From the NCBI GenBank assembly GCA_041486955.1, contig JBGPML010000003.1:1-35587 (forward strand): a DNA stretch of 35,587 nt, written 5' to 3'. A model generated the notes under the pieces. It was given only the letters and a program-made list of their open reading frames with translations, made no database searches and was not told where the DNA came from. The first letter of the stretch is position 1. Each line of letters begins with the position of its first letter. The position numbers were made by a program, and so were the translations under genes. The DNA comes from Patescibacteria group bacterium (GTDB taxonomy: Bacteria > Patescibacteriota > UBA1384 > 2-12-FULL-50-11 > DASWYB01). Of this stretch, positions 26,172-35,329 are shown piece by piece.

Positions 26172-26540
26172 TTAGAGAACTTCTGGCGCAAGCGATACAA
26201 TTTCGCGAAATCCGGAGTCACGAATCTCTCGAGCGATCGGACCAAATACGCGTGTGCCAACAGGTTTATTATCGTCAGAAATAACGACCACGGCATTATC
26301 GTCAAACCGAATCACGCTACCATCCGGACGACGGTGCGGCTTGGTGGTACGGACGATAAGGGCCTTAACAACGCTCTTCTTGGCGGTCGTGCCATGCGGG
26401 ATAGCCTTTTTTACCGTTCCAACAATCACATCACCAAGCGTGGCCGCATTATGTTTGCCACCTTTGATGGTTTGAATATGCATGATTTCGCGTGCACCAC
26501 TATTGTCGGCCACGACGTATTTCGTTCTTGGCTGCGTCAT
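26172..26540 (-). CDS. rplN: 50S ribosomal protein L14
   Basis: [35 protein letters not shown]; start 26540. Confidence 0.98.
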   Translation of the reverse strand: MTQPRTKYVVADNSGAREIMHIQTIKGGKHNAATLGDVIVGTVKKAIPHGTTAKKSVVKALIVRTTKPHRRPDGSVIRFDDNAVVVISDDNKPVGTRVFGPIAREIRDSGFREIVSLAPEVL

Positions 26541-26812
26541 GATGCACCTTCTTGCGCAGGCTCTGATGATGTTATCGAAGCGACATTTTGTGGGACAATT
26601 TCCCAATGTTTTCGCTTACTGATTGGTTTCGTTTCACGGATTGTCACCGTATCGCCAATTTGAGCTGAATTTGCCGCATCATGAACAATAAATCGCTTCG
26701 ATACTCGGTAGCGTTTACTGTATTTGGCATGTGGAACCATACGGTCAATTTGCACCACAGTCGTTTTATCCATTTTGTTTGATACAACAATACCTTGTTT
26801 CAATTTACTCAT
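26537..26812 (-). CDS. rpsQ: 30S ribosomal protein S17
   Basis: [27 protein letters not shown]. Confidence 0.98.
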   Translation of the reverse strand: MSKLKQGIVVSNKMDKTTVVQIDRMVPHAKYSKRYRVSKRFIVHDAANSAQIGDTVTIRETKPISKRKHWEIVPQNVASITSSEPAQEGAS

Positions 26813-27047
26813 CAGACTTCTCCTTCGCTAAGGCTTGGGCATTATTCGTTTGAAGTGCCATATGAGCGACCGTTAATCCACGGGCTAACTGACGCTTAAG
26901 AGCACGAATGTTTCGAACTTGCTTTGAATTGCCAAAGGCAATCGACATTTTTTCTTCTTGTAATTTCCGCTCTAGAGTTACAATTTCTTGTTTCATATCA
27001 GGCAGAGATAATTTACGTAAATGGGTTAAATGTTCAATCCGCTTCAT
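26805..27047 (-). CDS. rpmC: 50S ribosomal protein L29
   Basis: Position between rplP and rpsQ; LRKLS..IRALKRQLARGLT. Confidence 0.92.
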   Translation of the reverse strand: MKRIEHLTHLRKLSLPDMKQEIVTLERKLQEEKMSIAFGNSKQVRNIRALKRQLARGLTVAHMALQTNNAQALAKEKSDE

Positions 27048-27048
27048 C

Positions 27049-27462
27049 TTATGCCTCTTCCTTGGCAATAAATTTAGTTTTGACTGGTAATTTGTGCTGG
27101 GCTAAACGCATTGCTTCCTTCGCAACTGTTTCATCGACTCCTGCCATTTCAAATAAAATGCGGCCCGGCCGAACAACGGCAACAAAATGACTTGGTGCCC
27201 CTTTTCCTCCACCCATAGTTACTTCAGCCGGAAGCTGAGTCACTGGTTTATCAGGGAAAATTCGAATCCAAACTTGACCACCACGTTTAATATAACGAGT
27301 CATGGCTCGACGAGCTGCTTCGATTTGACGGGCGGTAATCCAACCCGAATCGAGTGATTTAATACCAAACTGACCGTAGGCGATGGTTGACCCGCGGAAG
27401 GATAAACCGTCACGTTTACCACGGAAGGCTTTTCGGTATTTGAGTTTTCGTGGAGCTAACAT
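27049..27462 (-). CDS. rplP: 50S ribosomal protein L16
   Basis: [27 protein letters not shown]. Confidence 0.98.
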   Translation of the reverse strand: MLAPRKLKYRKAFRGKRDGLSFRGSTIAYGQFGIKSLDSGWITARQIEAARRAMTRYIKRGGQVWIRIFPDKPVTQLPAEVTMGGGKGAPSHFVAVVRPGRILFEMAGVDETVAKEAMRLAQHKLPVKTKFIAKEEA

Positions 27463-27465
27463 GGT

Positions 27466-28125
27466 TTAACTTTCCTCACCTGTCTCGATATCTCCCTTAT
27501 AGATCCAAACTTTTACACCAATAGTGCCGTATGTAGTCGGAGCATGATAGAGGGCGTAATCGATATTCGACTTAAATCGAGAAAGGGGTAATTTGCCTTC
27601 AATGAGCTTTTCTCGACGAGCAATTTCTGCACCACCCAAACGGCCAGCAACCCTAACTTTAATGCCCTTTGCTCCTCGTTGCATCGTCTTTTCGATCGCC
27701 ATTTTAGCTGCTCGACGGAAATTAATTCGCCGCGTTAATTGCTGCCCAATGTTTTGAGCCACAAAGGCAGCTGATAACTCAGGGATTTTGACTTGAGAAA
27801 TAAGGATTTTAATGTCTTTTGACGTTGAATTCTGTCCTACAACTTTTTTTTCAATAAAGTTTCGAAGCTCGTTGATACCCGTTCCTGCCCGGCCGATGAT
27901 AACACCGGGACGTCCCGCATGAATAGTAATAATAAGTGACCCGCGCTTACGCTCAATCACTATACGGTCAATTGAAGCCTGTGGACCCAGTTTTTTGGAT
28001 ACCATACGTCGGATTTTTGCATCTTCAACCACATTGGTCGCAAAGTTTTTAGTATCAAACCACTTACTATCCCAATCTTTCGTAATAAGTAATCGTGCGC
28101 TTTTTGGATGAACTTTATGTCCCAT
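27466..28125 (-). CDS. rpsC: 30S ribosomal protein S3
   Basis: MGHKVHP, PGVIIGRAG, GRLGGAEIAR, YGTIGVKVWIYKG. Confidence 0.98.
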   Translation of the reverse strand: MGHKVHPKSARLLITKDWDSKWFDTKNFATNVVEDAKIRRMVSKKLGPQASIDRIVIERKRGSLIITIHAGRPGVIIGRAGTGINELRNFIEKKVVGQNSTSKDIKILISQVKIPELSAAFVAQNIGQQLTRRINFRRAAKMAIEKTMQRGAKGIKVRVAGRLGGAEIARREKLIEGKLPLSRFKSNIDYALYHAPTTYGTIGVKVWIYKGDIETGEES

Positions 28126-28502
28126 TAGACAGTCTCCTTCGTTGCTGATTTTCGGACAGATTGGTTCATTTTAGCCGAAGTCGGGACGACAGTGAGTGTG
28201 AGATGACTCATGCGATGTTCCATTCGGGTCGCTCGGCCGCGTGATTTGAAAATTCGTCGTTTCAGGGCTGGACCTTCGTCGATGAAAATAGATTCTATTT
28301 TCAATAATTGATCAGGAGTCTCACGTTTGACAGAGGCAACGGCAGAACGAACGGCATGAGCAATTGGCTTTGAAGCCGCCCGTGGCATAAGCTTCAATTC
28401 AGCTAAGGCGACGTCAGTTGATTTACCACGAACTGAATCGGCCACAAGTCGTAGCTTGCGTGCAGTCATATGAATAAAACGTTGTTTGACGGTCGTACTC
28501 AT
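28125..28502 (-). CDS. rplV: 50S ribosomal protein L22
   Basis: ARKLRLVADSVRGK, DEGPALKR, RGRA..SHLT. Confidence 0.97.
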   Translation of the reverse strand: MSTTVKQRFIHMTARKLRLVADSVRGKSTDVALAELKLMPRAASKPIAHAVRSAVASVKRETPDQLLKIESIFIDEGPALKRRIFKSRGRATRMEHRMSHLTLTVVPTSAKMNQSVRKSATKETV

Positions 28503-28504
28503 AG

Positions 28505-28795
28505 TTATACCTTTGTTGGCTCTTTCGACTGTTCCTTCGCCATTTTGCCACCGTGACGACGGAATTTACGGGTTGGAGCAAATTCACCTAATTTATGACC
28601 AACCATGTCTTCAATAATAAAAACTGATATATGAGTCTTACCGTTATGGACTAAAAATGTATGTCCGACCATCTCCGGAAAAATAGTACAATCACGAGCC
28701 CACGTTTTAATCGGTTGTTTTACACTACCAAGCTGGGCTAATTTCTTAGCCACTCTTGGATCGATGAACGGACCTTTTTTGAGTGAACGACTCAT
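28505..28795 (-). CDS. rpsS: 30S ribosomal protein S19
   Basis: [23 protein letters not shown]. Confidence 0.98.
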   Translation of the reverse strand: MSRSLKKGPFIDPRVAKKLAQLGSVKQPIKTWARDCTIFPEMVGHTFLVHNGKTHISVFIIEDMVGHKLGEFAPTRKFRRHGGKMAKEQSKEPTKV

Positions 28796-28840
28796 TTATT
28801 ATTCTCCTGTGGTAATTATACCTGATGGCAACGCTTTTAT

Positions 28841-29683
28841 CTAGCGTTTTTTCCCGCGTCGACGCACGATGAAAGGATTAGTCGACTTGTTACGGCGAGT
28901 GCGATAGCCGAGAGCTGGTTTACCGGTCGGGGTTTTAGGATGTTTCAAACCGATCGATGAGTGTCCTTCTCCTCCACCATGCGGGTGATCGACCGGGTTC
29001 ATGGCTTTACCACGAACTTGTGGGCGGCGACCCATATGACGAACTCGTCCGGCCTTGGCAATTCGGACGGTATTGTGTGATGGATTAGATACTTCACCAA
29101 TGGTTGCGAATGCCGTGAGGTGAATAAGTCGGACTTCACCACTTGGTAAACGGACTTGAGCGTAATTGCCTTCTTTCGCCAAAACCACGGCACTTGTACC
29201 AGCTGACCGAGCAAGCTGACCGCCTTTACCCGGCGTAAGTTCTATATTATGAATTGGGGTGCCCGTCGGAATCATAGCCAATGGCATTCGGTTGCCAGTC
29301 GTTAATGGAGCTTTTTCATCTGTCACGATGTTACTACCAACTTTCAAGTCTTGGGGGGCGATAAAATAGGCTTTTTTGCCAGATTCAAACGTCGCTAAGG
29401 CAATATAGGCGCTTCGGTTTGGGTCATATTCAATCGCATCAACTCGAGCTTTCTGTCCGATCGTTTTGAGACCAGAAAAATCAACAAGGCGATACATTCG
29501 TTTTGCGCCACCACCTCGGTGTCGAATACTAATCCGTCCCCGAATATCGCGGCCGGCGTGCTTTTTTAAGGCAATGGTTAATGATTTTTCAGGACTTTTT
29601 TTGGTGATGTCAGAGTGAACCACATACGACATCTTCCGTCTGGCTGATGTAGTGGGACGAACCACGCGAATTGGACTAGCCAT
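28841..29683 (-). CDS. rplB: 50S ribosomal protein L2
   Basis: HRGGG, EYDPNRSA, MNPVDHPHGGGEG. Confidence 0.98.
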   Translation of the reverse strand: MASPIRVVRPTTSARRKMSYVVHSDITKKSPEKSLTIALKKHAGRDIRGRISIRHRGGGAKRMYRLVDFSGLKTIGQKARVDAIEYDPNRSAYIALATFESGKKAYFIAPQDLKVGSNIVTDEKAPLTTGNRMPLAMIPTGTPIHNIELTPGKGGQLARSAGTSAVVLAKEGNYAQVRLPSGEVRLIHLTAFATIGEVSNPSHNTVRIAKAGRVRHMGRRPQVRGKAMNPVDHPHGGGEGHSSIGLKHPKTPTGKPALGYRTRRNKSTNPFIVRRRGKKR

Positions 29684-29685
29684 GG

Positions 29686-30072
29686 TTATTTCTCACCTTT
29701 CTTGCCCCGCGATCGAACGGTAATAGTACTTTCGGTTGGCGTAACAGGTTCAGCCTTTGGTTCTTCAGTTTCTTTAGCAGGCTCGGTTGCTTCAACGGGT
29801 AAGCTAAATGAATGAATGGTATCGCCTTTTTTCAAAGATACAGTCGCTTTTTTAACCATAGCTTTCTGACCAGGACGACGCTTAAATGTTACAAGATCAC
29901 TATGGCTTCGGGCTGTAGCAACCGATAACACGGTCACACCAAATTGATTGGTGACCGCTTCGCGAATCTCGTTTTTAGTCGCCCAGGTGGGAGCTAAAAA
30001 TTGATAGACACTGTTGGCAGATTGAGCCATAGACTTTTCGGTAATGACAGGTCGAAGGAAAAACCGTTTCAT
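29686..30072 (-). CDS. rplW: 50S ribosomal protein L23 with a C-terminal extension
   Basis: RPVITEKS, ATKNEIREAV..FGV, KKATVSLKKG. Confidence 0.97.
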   Translation of the reverse strand: MKRFFLRPVITEKSMAQSANSVYQFLAPTWATKNEIREAVTNQFGVTVLSVATARSHSDLVTFKRRPGQKAMVKKATVSLKKGDTIHSFSLPVEATEPAKETEEPKAEPVTPTESTITVRSRGKKGEK

Positions 30073-30755
30073 TATGATTTCTCCTTTCCAGCCGCAACCG
30101 GTGCTGCTACGGATGTCTTTGCAGATAGTTGTTCAGTGAGTGCCGCGACGGCATCTTCCGTTAAAACAAGGGTAGTATGACGCATAACATCATAAAGCTT
30201 GGCGTGTTGGGCCGATGTATATTGGTGAGTCGACACATTGCGGATAGCTCGATCGGCTAACGGTTGTCGATCGCGACTGATAACTAATGCGCCGTCAATC
30301 GCTTCTGGTAGTTGACGATAGGCGTTCATCCAATCCTTGGTTTTACCTTTTAAATCATCCAGAGAGGTCACAACGATGAGATGTTTATTGGCAACCTTGT
30401 CAGATAAAGCGGCTTTGAAAGCTAATTGTCGCATTTTTTGCGGTAGGCGCTTACTAAAGTTACGTTCATTCGATGGACCAAACGTGATACCACCACCCCG
30501 CCATAAAGGAGAGCGAGATGAACCGGCTCGAGCATTACCAGTCCCTTTTTGGCGCCATGGTTTTTTACCACCTCCAGAAACTTCACCTCGATCTTTGACA
30601 TGGGCAATGGCTGATCGGCTATTGGCTAATTGTGTCACCACGACTTGGTGGATAAGATTGGCATGAGCAGTGACACCAAATACTGTCGGGTCGAGCGTAA
30701 TGGTCCCGTTGGATTTTCCGGTTAAATCAAATTTTGAAAGGGTTATATCTGCCAT
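30072..30755 (-). CDS. rplD: 50S ribosomal protein L4
   Basis: RGEVSGGGKKPWRQKGTGNARAGS; start MADIT at 30755. Confidence 0.98.
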   Translation of the reverse strand: MADITLSKFDLTGKSNGTITLDPTVFGVTAHANLIHQVVVTQLANSRSAIAHVKDRGEVSGGGKKPWRQKGTGNARAGSSRSPLWRGGGITFGPSNERNFSKRLPQKMRQLAFKAALSDKVANKHLIVVTSLDDLKGKTKDWMNAYRQLPEAIDGALVISRDRQPLADRAIRNVSTHQYTSAQHAKLYDVMRHTTLVLTEDAVAALTEQLSAKTSVAAPVAAGKEKS

Positions 30756-30756
30756 A

Positions 30757-31371
30757 TTATGCCTTTTCAATAATAAGATGAGACTTGTTCGCCCCAGGGA
30801 GTGCGCCTGAAATGGCAATCGTGGCATCGGTTTCGTTAATTGCTACGACATGGTGACCATGAACGGTTACAGTTTCATGCCCCATATGTCCGGGTAATTT
30901 TTTACCAGGAACCACTCGTTGCGGATAACCGCTTCCAATTGAACCAGGCGCTCGATGATGTTTTGAACCATGGGACATTGGACCTCGGCTCCAACCATAA
31001 CGTTTGATTCCACCAGAAAATCCTTTGCCTTTGCTTGTTCCGGTTACAACAACAACGTCACCAGGTGTAAAACTGGTGACGGAAACAGAACTACCGATGG
31101 AAACATCTTCTTCTGGCAATACGCGCGTTTCAAAACGGTGGGAGATAGTGGTATCAATATTGTGTTTTTTGAGTTCTTCGGCTTGCGGTTTTGGCATACG
31201 CTTAGTAACCACCGCGCCAATTTGCACGGCGGAATATTTATCCTTCTCATTCGTTCGGATAGCAGTTACAACTTGGGTTGGTACTTTCAAAATCGTCACA
31301 GGAATGTGGCGATGTTTTTCGTCATAGATGTGGGTCATCCCCAATTTTTGGGCCATAACTGCAGCAGTCAT
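30757..31371 (-). CDS. rplC: 50S ribosomal protein L3
   Basis: KLGMT, SKGKGF, SHGSKHHRAPGSIG, GHMG. Confidence 0.98.
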   Translation of the reverse strand: MTAAVMAQKLGMTHIYDEKHRHIPVTILKVPTQVVTAIRTNEKDKYSAVQIGAVVTKRMPKPQAEELKKHNIDTTISHRFETRVLPEEDVSIGSSVSVTSFTPGDVVVVTGTSKGKGFSGGIKRYGWSRGPMSHGSKHHRAPGSIGSGYPQRVVPGKKLPGHMGHETVTVHGHHVVAINETDATIAISGALPGANKSHLIIEKA

Positions 31372-31555
31372 AATAAATCCTTTAAAGATACAAATAAACG
31401 GCTCAGAACTGTCCTAGCATCTTGTTTTTCAGTACTCAACCTTATAGACGGTCTGTAAAAAAGACCGCACTTGTGATTGATTGTCTGCAACCCAAGGTGC
31501 TGGGCGTTCTCCAAGCCATTGATCCCCCAACGGGCGCTGAGGTACGTAAAGCTAC
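31372..31555 (-). promoter_or_regulatory. Long structured 5' leader of rplC (candidate ribosomal leader)
   Basis: Rod-like fold 31398-31519 with apical cggtct/agaccg, lying between a promoter and the rplC start. Confidence 0.5.
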
Positions 31556-31561
31556 TTGTTC

Positions 31562-31590
31562 ATAATATAACAAATGACCCGGAGAGTCAA
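31562..31590 (-). promoter_or_regulatory. Promoter for the rplC-led operon
   Basis: TTGACT-17 nt-TATTAT. Confidence 0.7.
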
Positions 31591-31608
31591 CAGATTTACA
31601 GGGTAATT

Positions 31609-33417
31609 TTACACAGATTTCGCAGCAGTGGCAGCTAATTTTTCGTTCGGTTGCGACTCATGGGCGGCATGTGATTGCAGCCGCCACATTCCTGCGTATA
31701 CACCATCCTGCTTTAAGAGGGTGTGATGTGTACCGGATTCGACGATTTTACCATGTTGCAGAACGTAAATTGTGTTGCTGTCGACGATGGTTGACAGGCG
31801 ATGGGCAATAGCTATGGTTGTTCGACCTTCCGCCACTTCTTGGAGTGTTTGGAGGATAGCTTGTTCGCTTTTTGAATCCAGACTACTGGTGGCTTCATCA
31901 AAAAGAAGTATTTTCGGGTTCTTTACGATGGCCCGAGCTATCGCGACCCGCTGCTTCTCACCACCACTGATTTTCACCCCACGCTCACCGACAAGTGTGT
32001 CGTAACCTTGTGGGAGTGAATCTATAAAGTCGTGGATGTGAGCTCCTTTAGCAGCAGCAATAATTTCTGCTTTGGTTGCATTGGCTTTGCCAAATTTAAT
32101 ATTATTAGCAATTGTATCATTAAACATCGCTGGTTCTTGAGGCACGATTCCTAAAAGAAGACGCCGATCATCAGGTGAAATATCTTTTAAATTGACCCCA
32201 TCTATCGTAATGGTTCCGTCACTAACGTCGTAGAGACGAAAAATAAGTTTAGCGATGGTTGATTTCCCGGCCCCACTTGAACCGACAAACGCGACCTTTT
32301 GTCCTGGTTTAATTTCTAAATTAAGATCGTTGATAACATTTTCTCGACCCTTATAACCGAAGCCGACATGTTCAAAGGTGACCGCTCCCTCTGGGTCAGT
32401 GACTTTAATCGGATGTTCACTTTCGTGCATTTCTGAATCTTTCATCAAAATACGACCCATTGAATCGAGGTCGGCAAAGCTATTTTTGTAAGCGCCATAG
32501 ACGAATCCGAGGGTGGCTATTGGGATTGAGAGACGAACAATATAGGTTGAAAGTAAAACAATATCACCAACGCTAAGAATCCCAATCGCGGCCTGCTTGA
32601 TGCCAAATGTCAAAATTAAACCGAGACCTAATAAAAGAATTATCCCTTGCGACCCTGTAATTAACGCAAAAATTCGATTGTTGCGCACAAGGAGTCGATA
32701 CCAATCTTGTTTAATGCCTTTAAATTCATTGAACTGAATCGCTTCGTTGTTAAAATATTTAACCGTATCGATGTTCGTAATCGAATCAACCAAAATTCCA
32801 CCAGCTAAATCGTTCTTTTTATTGCCTTCAATGCGAAGTTTCTGACGTCGTTCGGTACTCCATAACGTAAACCAGGCATAGATGACGACAGTGGCTAAGG
32901 TAATTACACCATATTGCCAATCGTACAAACGGAGCAAAAGAATCGTGACGAAGATTAACTCAAATATCGGAGGAAGAATTTGGGAAACGGAGAAGTCTAA
33001 AACAAAGCTTATAGCTTGCGAGCCTCGAGCAATGGCCTGGGCCGCCGATCCTGATCGCTGATCAGCATGATAGCTGACTGGAAGCTTGAGAAGGTGATTA
33101 AATACCGCGGTCTCTATATCACGTGAGACACCCATGACGACGGGAGAAAAAATATAATCTCGAAGATATTCAAAAGTGATCGAAAGCAGCTTAATACCAA
33201 AATAGACTATTAGAATACTAATGATCGCTTCGAATGGTTGGTGAATCGTTAAGGCATCAATAATTTTCTTAATATAAATTGGTTCAAACGTAGTCGCCAT
33301 ACGAGCACTAATCAAGAGGATTAATGTGGCTATAACAAAAAATTTATACTTAACAAAGTATCGAATAAAATAGATGATGGAAAATTTCGGTTCTTTAGTT
33401 GGTTCAGGTTTGTTCAT
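31609..33417 (-). CDS. ABC transporter, fused permease/ATPase (ATM1/HMT1-like exporter)
   Basis: 6-TM domain, Walker A GSSGAGKST, VGERGVKISGGEKQRVAIARA, DEATSSLD, IAHRLST. Confidence 0.95.
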   Translation of the reverse strand: MNKPEPTKEPKFSIIYFIRYFVKYKFFVIATLILLISARMATTFEPIYIKKIIDALTIHQPFEAIISILIVYFGIKLLSITFEYLRDYIFSPVVMGVSRDIETAVFNHLLKLPVSYHADQRSGSAAQAIARGSQAISFVLDFSVSQILPPIFELIFVTILLLRLYDWQYGVITLATVVIYAWFTLWSTERRQKLRIEGNKKNDLAGGILVDSITNIDTVKYFNNEAIQFNEFKGIKQDWYRLLVRNNRIFALITGSQGIILLLGLGLILTFGIKQAAIGILSVGDIVLLSTYIVRLSIPIATLGFVYGAYKNSFADLDSMGRILMKDSEMHESEHPIKVTDPEGAVTFEHVGFGYKGRENVINDLNLEIKPGQKVAFVGSSGAGKSTIAKLIFRLYDVSDGTITIDGVNLKDISPDDRRLLLGIVPQEPAMFNDTIANNIKFGKANATKAEIIAAAKGAHIHDFIDSLPQGYDTLVGERGVKISGGEKQRVAIARAIVKNPKILLFDEATSSLDSKSEQAILQTLQEVAEGRTTIAIAHRLSTIVDSNTIYVLQHGKIVESGTHHTLLKQDGVYAGMWRLQSHAAHESQPNEKLAATAAKSV

Positions 33418-33425
33418 TTATATTT

Positions 33426-33434
33426 ATTATAGCA
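33426..33434 (-). promoter_or_regulatory. Extended -10 promoter for the ABC transporter gene
   Basis: TGC-TATAAT-8 nt-ATG. Confidence 0.6.
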
Positions 33435-33499
33435 ATGATGTCGTATTTAGTCGGCATATACCTGATTGCTAATAGTCAGTTAAGGTCGAAATAGGCACG

Positions 33500-33621
33500 A
33501 AAAAGATGTGCAGTTGTGACGATTTCGAGGCAGAGCTGAGTACTGAACGAGGCGTACTCGACGTACGTCGAGTGAGGCTCGGAAGCTCTAACAAAGAAAT
33601 CGTCCAAGTTCACACCTTTTT
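33500..33621. repeat. Palindromic intergenic element, subfamily A, copy A3
   Basis: Arms aaaaagatgtg..gacgatttc / gaaatcgtc..cacaccttttt; core GA-ggcgtac-tcgac-gtacgtc-GA; reverse complement aligns with A1 (cttccg..cctca.tcgacgtac..gtacg.ctc..cagtactca.ctctgcct.gaaat). Confidence 0.88.
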
Positions 33622-33623
33622 AC

Positions 33624-33947
33624 TTACATTTTTATTTCGATGTCTACACCAGCGGGAAGATCCAAATTAATGAGGCTATCGATAGTTTTCGGTGTTGGGT
33701 CAAGGACATCAATCAAGCGTTTATGAATACGCATTTCAAATTGTTCACGAGCGTCTTTATGAATAAAAGTTGATCGATTAACCGTGGTTAATTTTTTGTC
33801 GGTCGGTAGAGGAATCGGGCCACTGACAAGGGCTCCGGTTCGTTCGGCGGTTTCTAAAATTGTCCGAGACGTTTTATCTATCAGACGATAATCATAAGCT
33901 TTGAGTCGAATTCTAATCTTTTGGTGTTCGGCAGTCTTCTTTGGCAT
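33624..33947 (-). CDS. rpsJ: 30S ribosomal protein S10
   Basis: [31 protein letters not shown]. Confidence 0.98.
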   Translation of the reverse strand: MPKKTAEHQKIRIRLKAYDYRLIDKTSRTILETAERTGALVSGPIPLPTDKKLTTVNRSTFIHKDAREQFEMRIHKRLIDVLDPTPKTIDSLINLDLPAGVDIEIKM

Positions 33948-33974
33948 TGTGCTCCCTAAGGTACTGTATTTGCT

Positions 33975-34017
33975 TTCTACTGAAAGTCCCCGACGTGCAG
34001 GGACTTTACAGTAAGAA
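33975..34017. other. Stem-loop between tuf and rpsJ
   Basis: tactg-aaagtccc / gggacttt-a-cagta; no U tract. Confidence 0.6.
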
Positions 34018-34022
34018 GTAAC

Positions 34023-35204
34023 TTATTTGATAATCTTGGTAACCACTCCAGCGCCAACCGTCTTTCCCCCTTCACGGATAGCAAAACGCATTTGCTCTTC
34101 CATGGCAATTGGTTGAATCAACGCAACTTTGAAGGTAATAGTATCACCAGGCATAACCAATTCAGTTTCAGCTGGCAGTTCTACTTCACCAGTAACGTCT
34201 GTTGTTCGGATATAGAACTGCGGTTTGTAGCCTTTTTGGAATGGTGTGTGTCGTCCACCTTCTTCTTTGGTTAAGATGTAGACTTCAGCTTCGAATTCAG
34301 TGTGTGGCGTAATTGAACCGGGTTTGGCGATAACCTGTCCGCGTTCAATATCGGTTCGTTCAACACCACGAAGGAGTAATCCGACGTTGTCGCCAGCTTG
34401 ACCGGAATCAAGTAACTTACGGAACATTTCTACCCCGGTAACAGTCGTCTTTTTGGTTGGTTTGATACCAACAATTTCAACTTCTTCGCCTACTTTGACT
34501 TGTCCGCGTTCAATACGACCGGTCGCCACGGTTCCGCGGCCTTTGATCGAGAACACGTCTTCAACCGGCATAAGCAATGGCTTATCAATCTCTCGCACTG
34601 GGTCAGGAACGTAAGTGTCCAAAGCATTAACTAATTCTTTAATTTTACCTTCGTACTGCGCATCGCCTTCGAGGGCTTTCAAAGCTGAACCACGAATGAT
34701 AGGGGTCTCATCACCTGGGTATTCATATTTCTTCAATAGGTCACGGACTTCTTCCTCAACAAGGTCAAGAAGTTCTGCATCAGTGACTTGGTCACATTTA
34801 TTCAAGAATACGACGATATAAGGCACACCAACTTGTTTGGCCAAAAGAATGTGCTCTCGAGTCTGGGGCATTGGACCATCAGCGGCCGATACCACCAAAA
34901 TGGCGGCATCCATTTGAGCCGCGCCGGTGATCATGTTTTTAACATAGTCAGCGTGTCCAGGACAGTCGACGTGGGCATAGTGCCGTTTATCAGATTCGTA
35001 TTCAACGTGATACGAAGCAATGGTAATACCGCGCTGCTTTTCTTCAGGGGCATTATCAATCTGGTTCACGTCCAATTTTTGGGCGTGACCTTCTTTAGCT
35101 AGTACCGTCGTAATAGCCGCAGTTAAAGTTGTTTTACCGTGGTCAACGTGTCCGATGGTACCGACATTGACGTGCGGCTTGTTACGTTCAAATTTTTCAG
35201 CCAT
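34023..35204 (-). CDS. tuf: Elongation factor Tu
   Basis: [28 protein letters not shown]; AAAGGAG SD before MAEKF at 35204. Confidence 0.99.
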   Translation of the reverse strand: MAEKFERNKPHVNVGTIGHVDHGKTTLTAAITTVLAKEGHAQKLDVNQIDNAPEEKQRGITIASYHVEYESDKRHYAHVDCPGHADYVKNMITGAAQMDAAILVVSAADGPMPQTREHILLAKQVGVPYIVVFLNKCDQVTDAELLDLVEEEVRDLLKKYEYPGDETPIIRGSALKALEGDAQYEGKIKELVNALDTYVPDPVREIDKPLLMPVEDVFSIKGRGTVATGRIERGQVKVGEEVEIVGIKPTKKTTVTGVEMFRKLLDSGQAGDNVGLLLRGVERTDIERGQVIAKPGSITPHTEFEAEVYILTKEEGGRHTPFQKGYKPQFYIRTTDVTGEVELPAETELVMPGDTITFKVALIQPIAMEEQMRFAIREGGKTVGAGVVTKIIK

Positions 35205-35286
35205 GTGGCTCCTTTCTTTTAAGAGATAAACAAAATCATGCAAGAGTTGCAAAGTAGTGAGTGAGTAAACACATTCATGCTCAAAT

Positions 35287-35329
35287 ATTATACACCGATA
35301 AGTATATCTGTTGCAACAGGTTTAGTCAA
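35287..35329 (-). promoter_or_regulatory. Tandem promoters for tuf
   Basis: TTGACT-17-TATACT and TTGCAA-18-TATAAT; palindrome ctgttgcaacag at 35308-35319. Confidence 0.65.

Noticed and set aside
399-35102. Many 60-160 aa alternative-frame or antisense ORFs (e.g. 4581-4946, 14795-15103, 30970-31458)
   Set aside because: They lie within or opposite better-supported genes and show no motifs or start signals.
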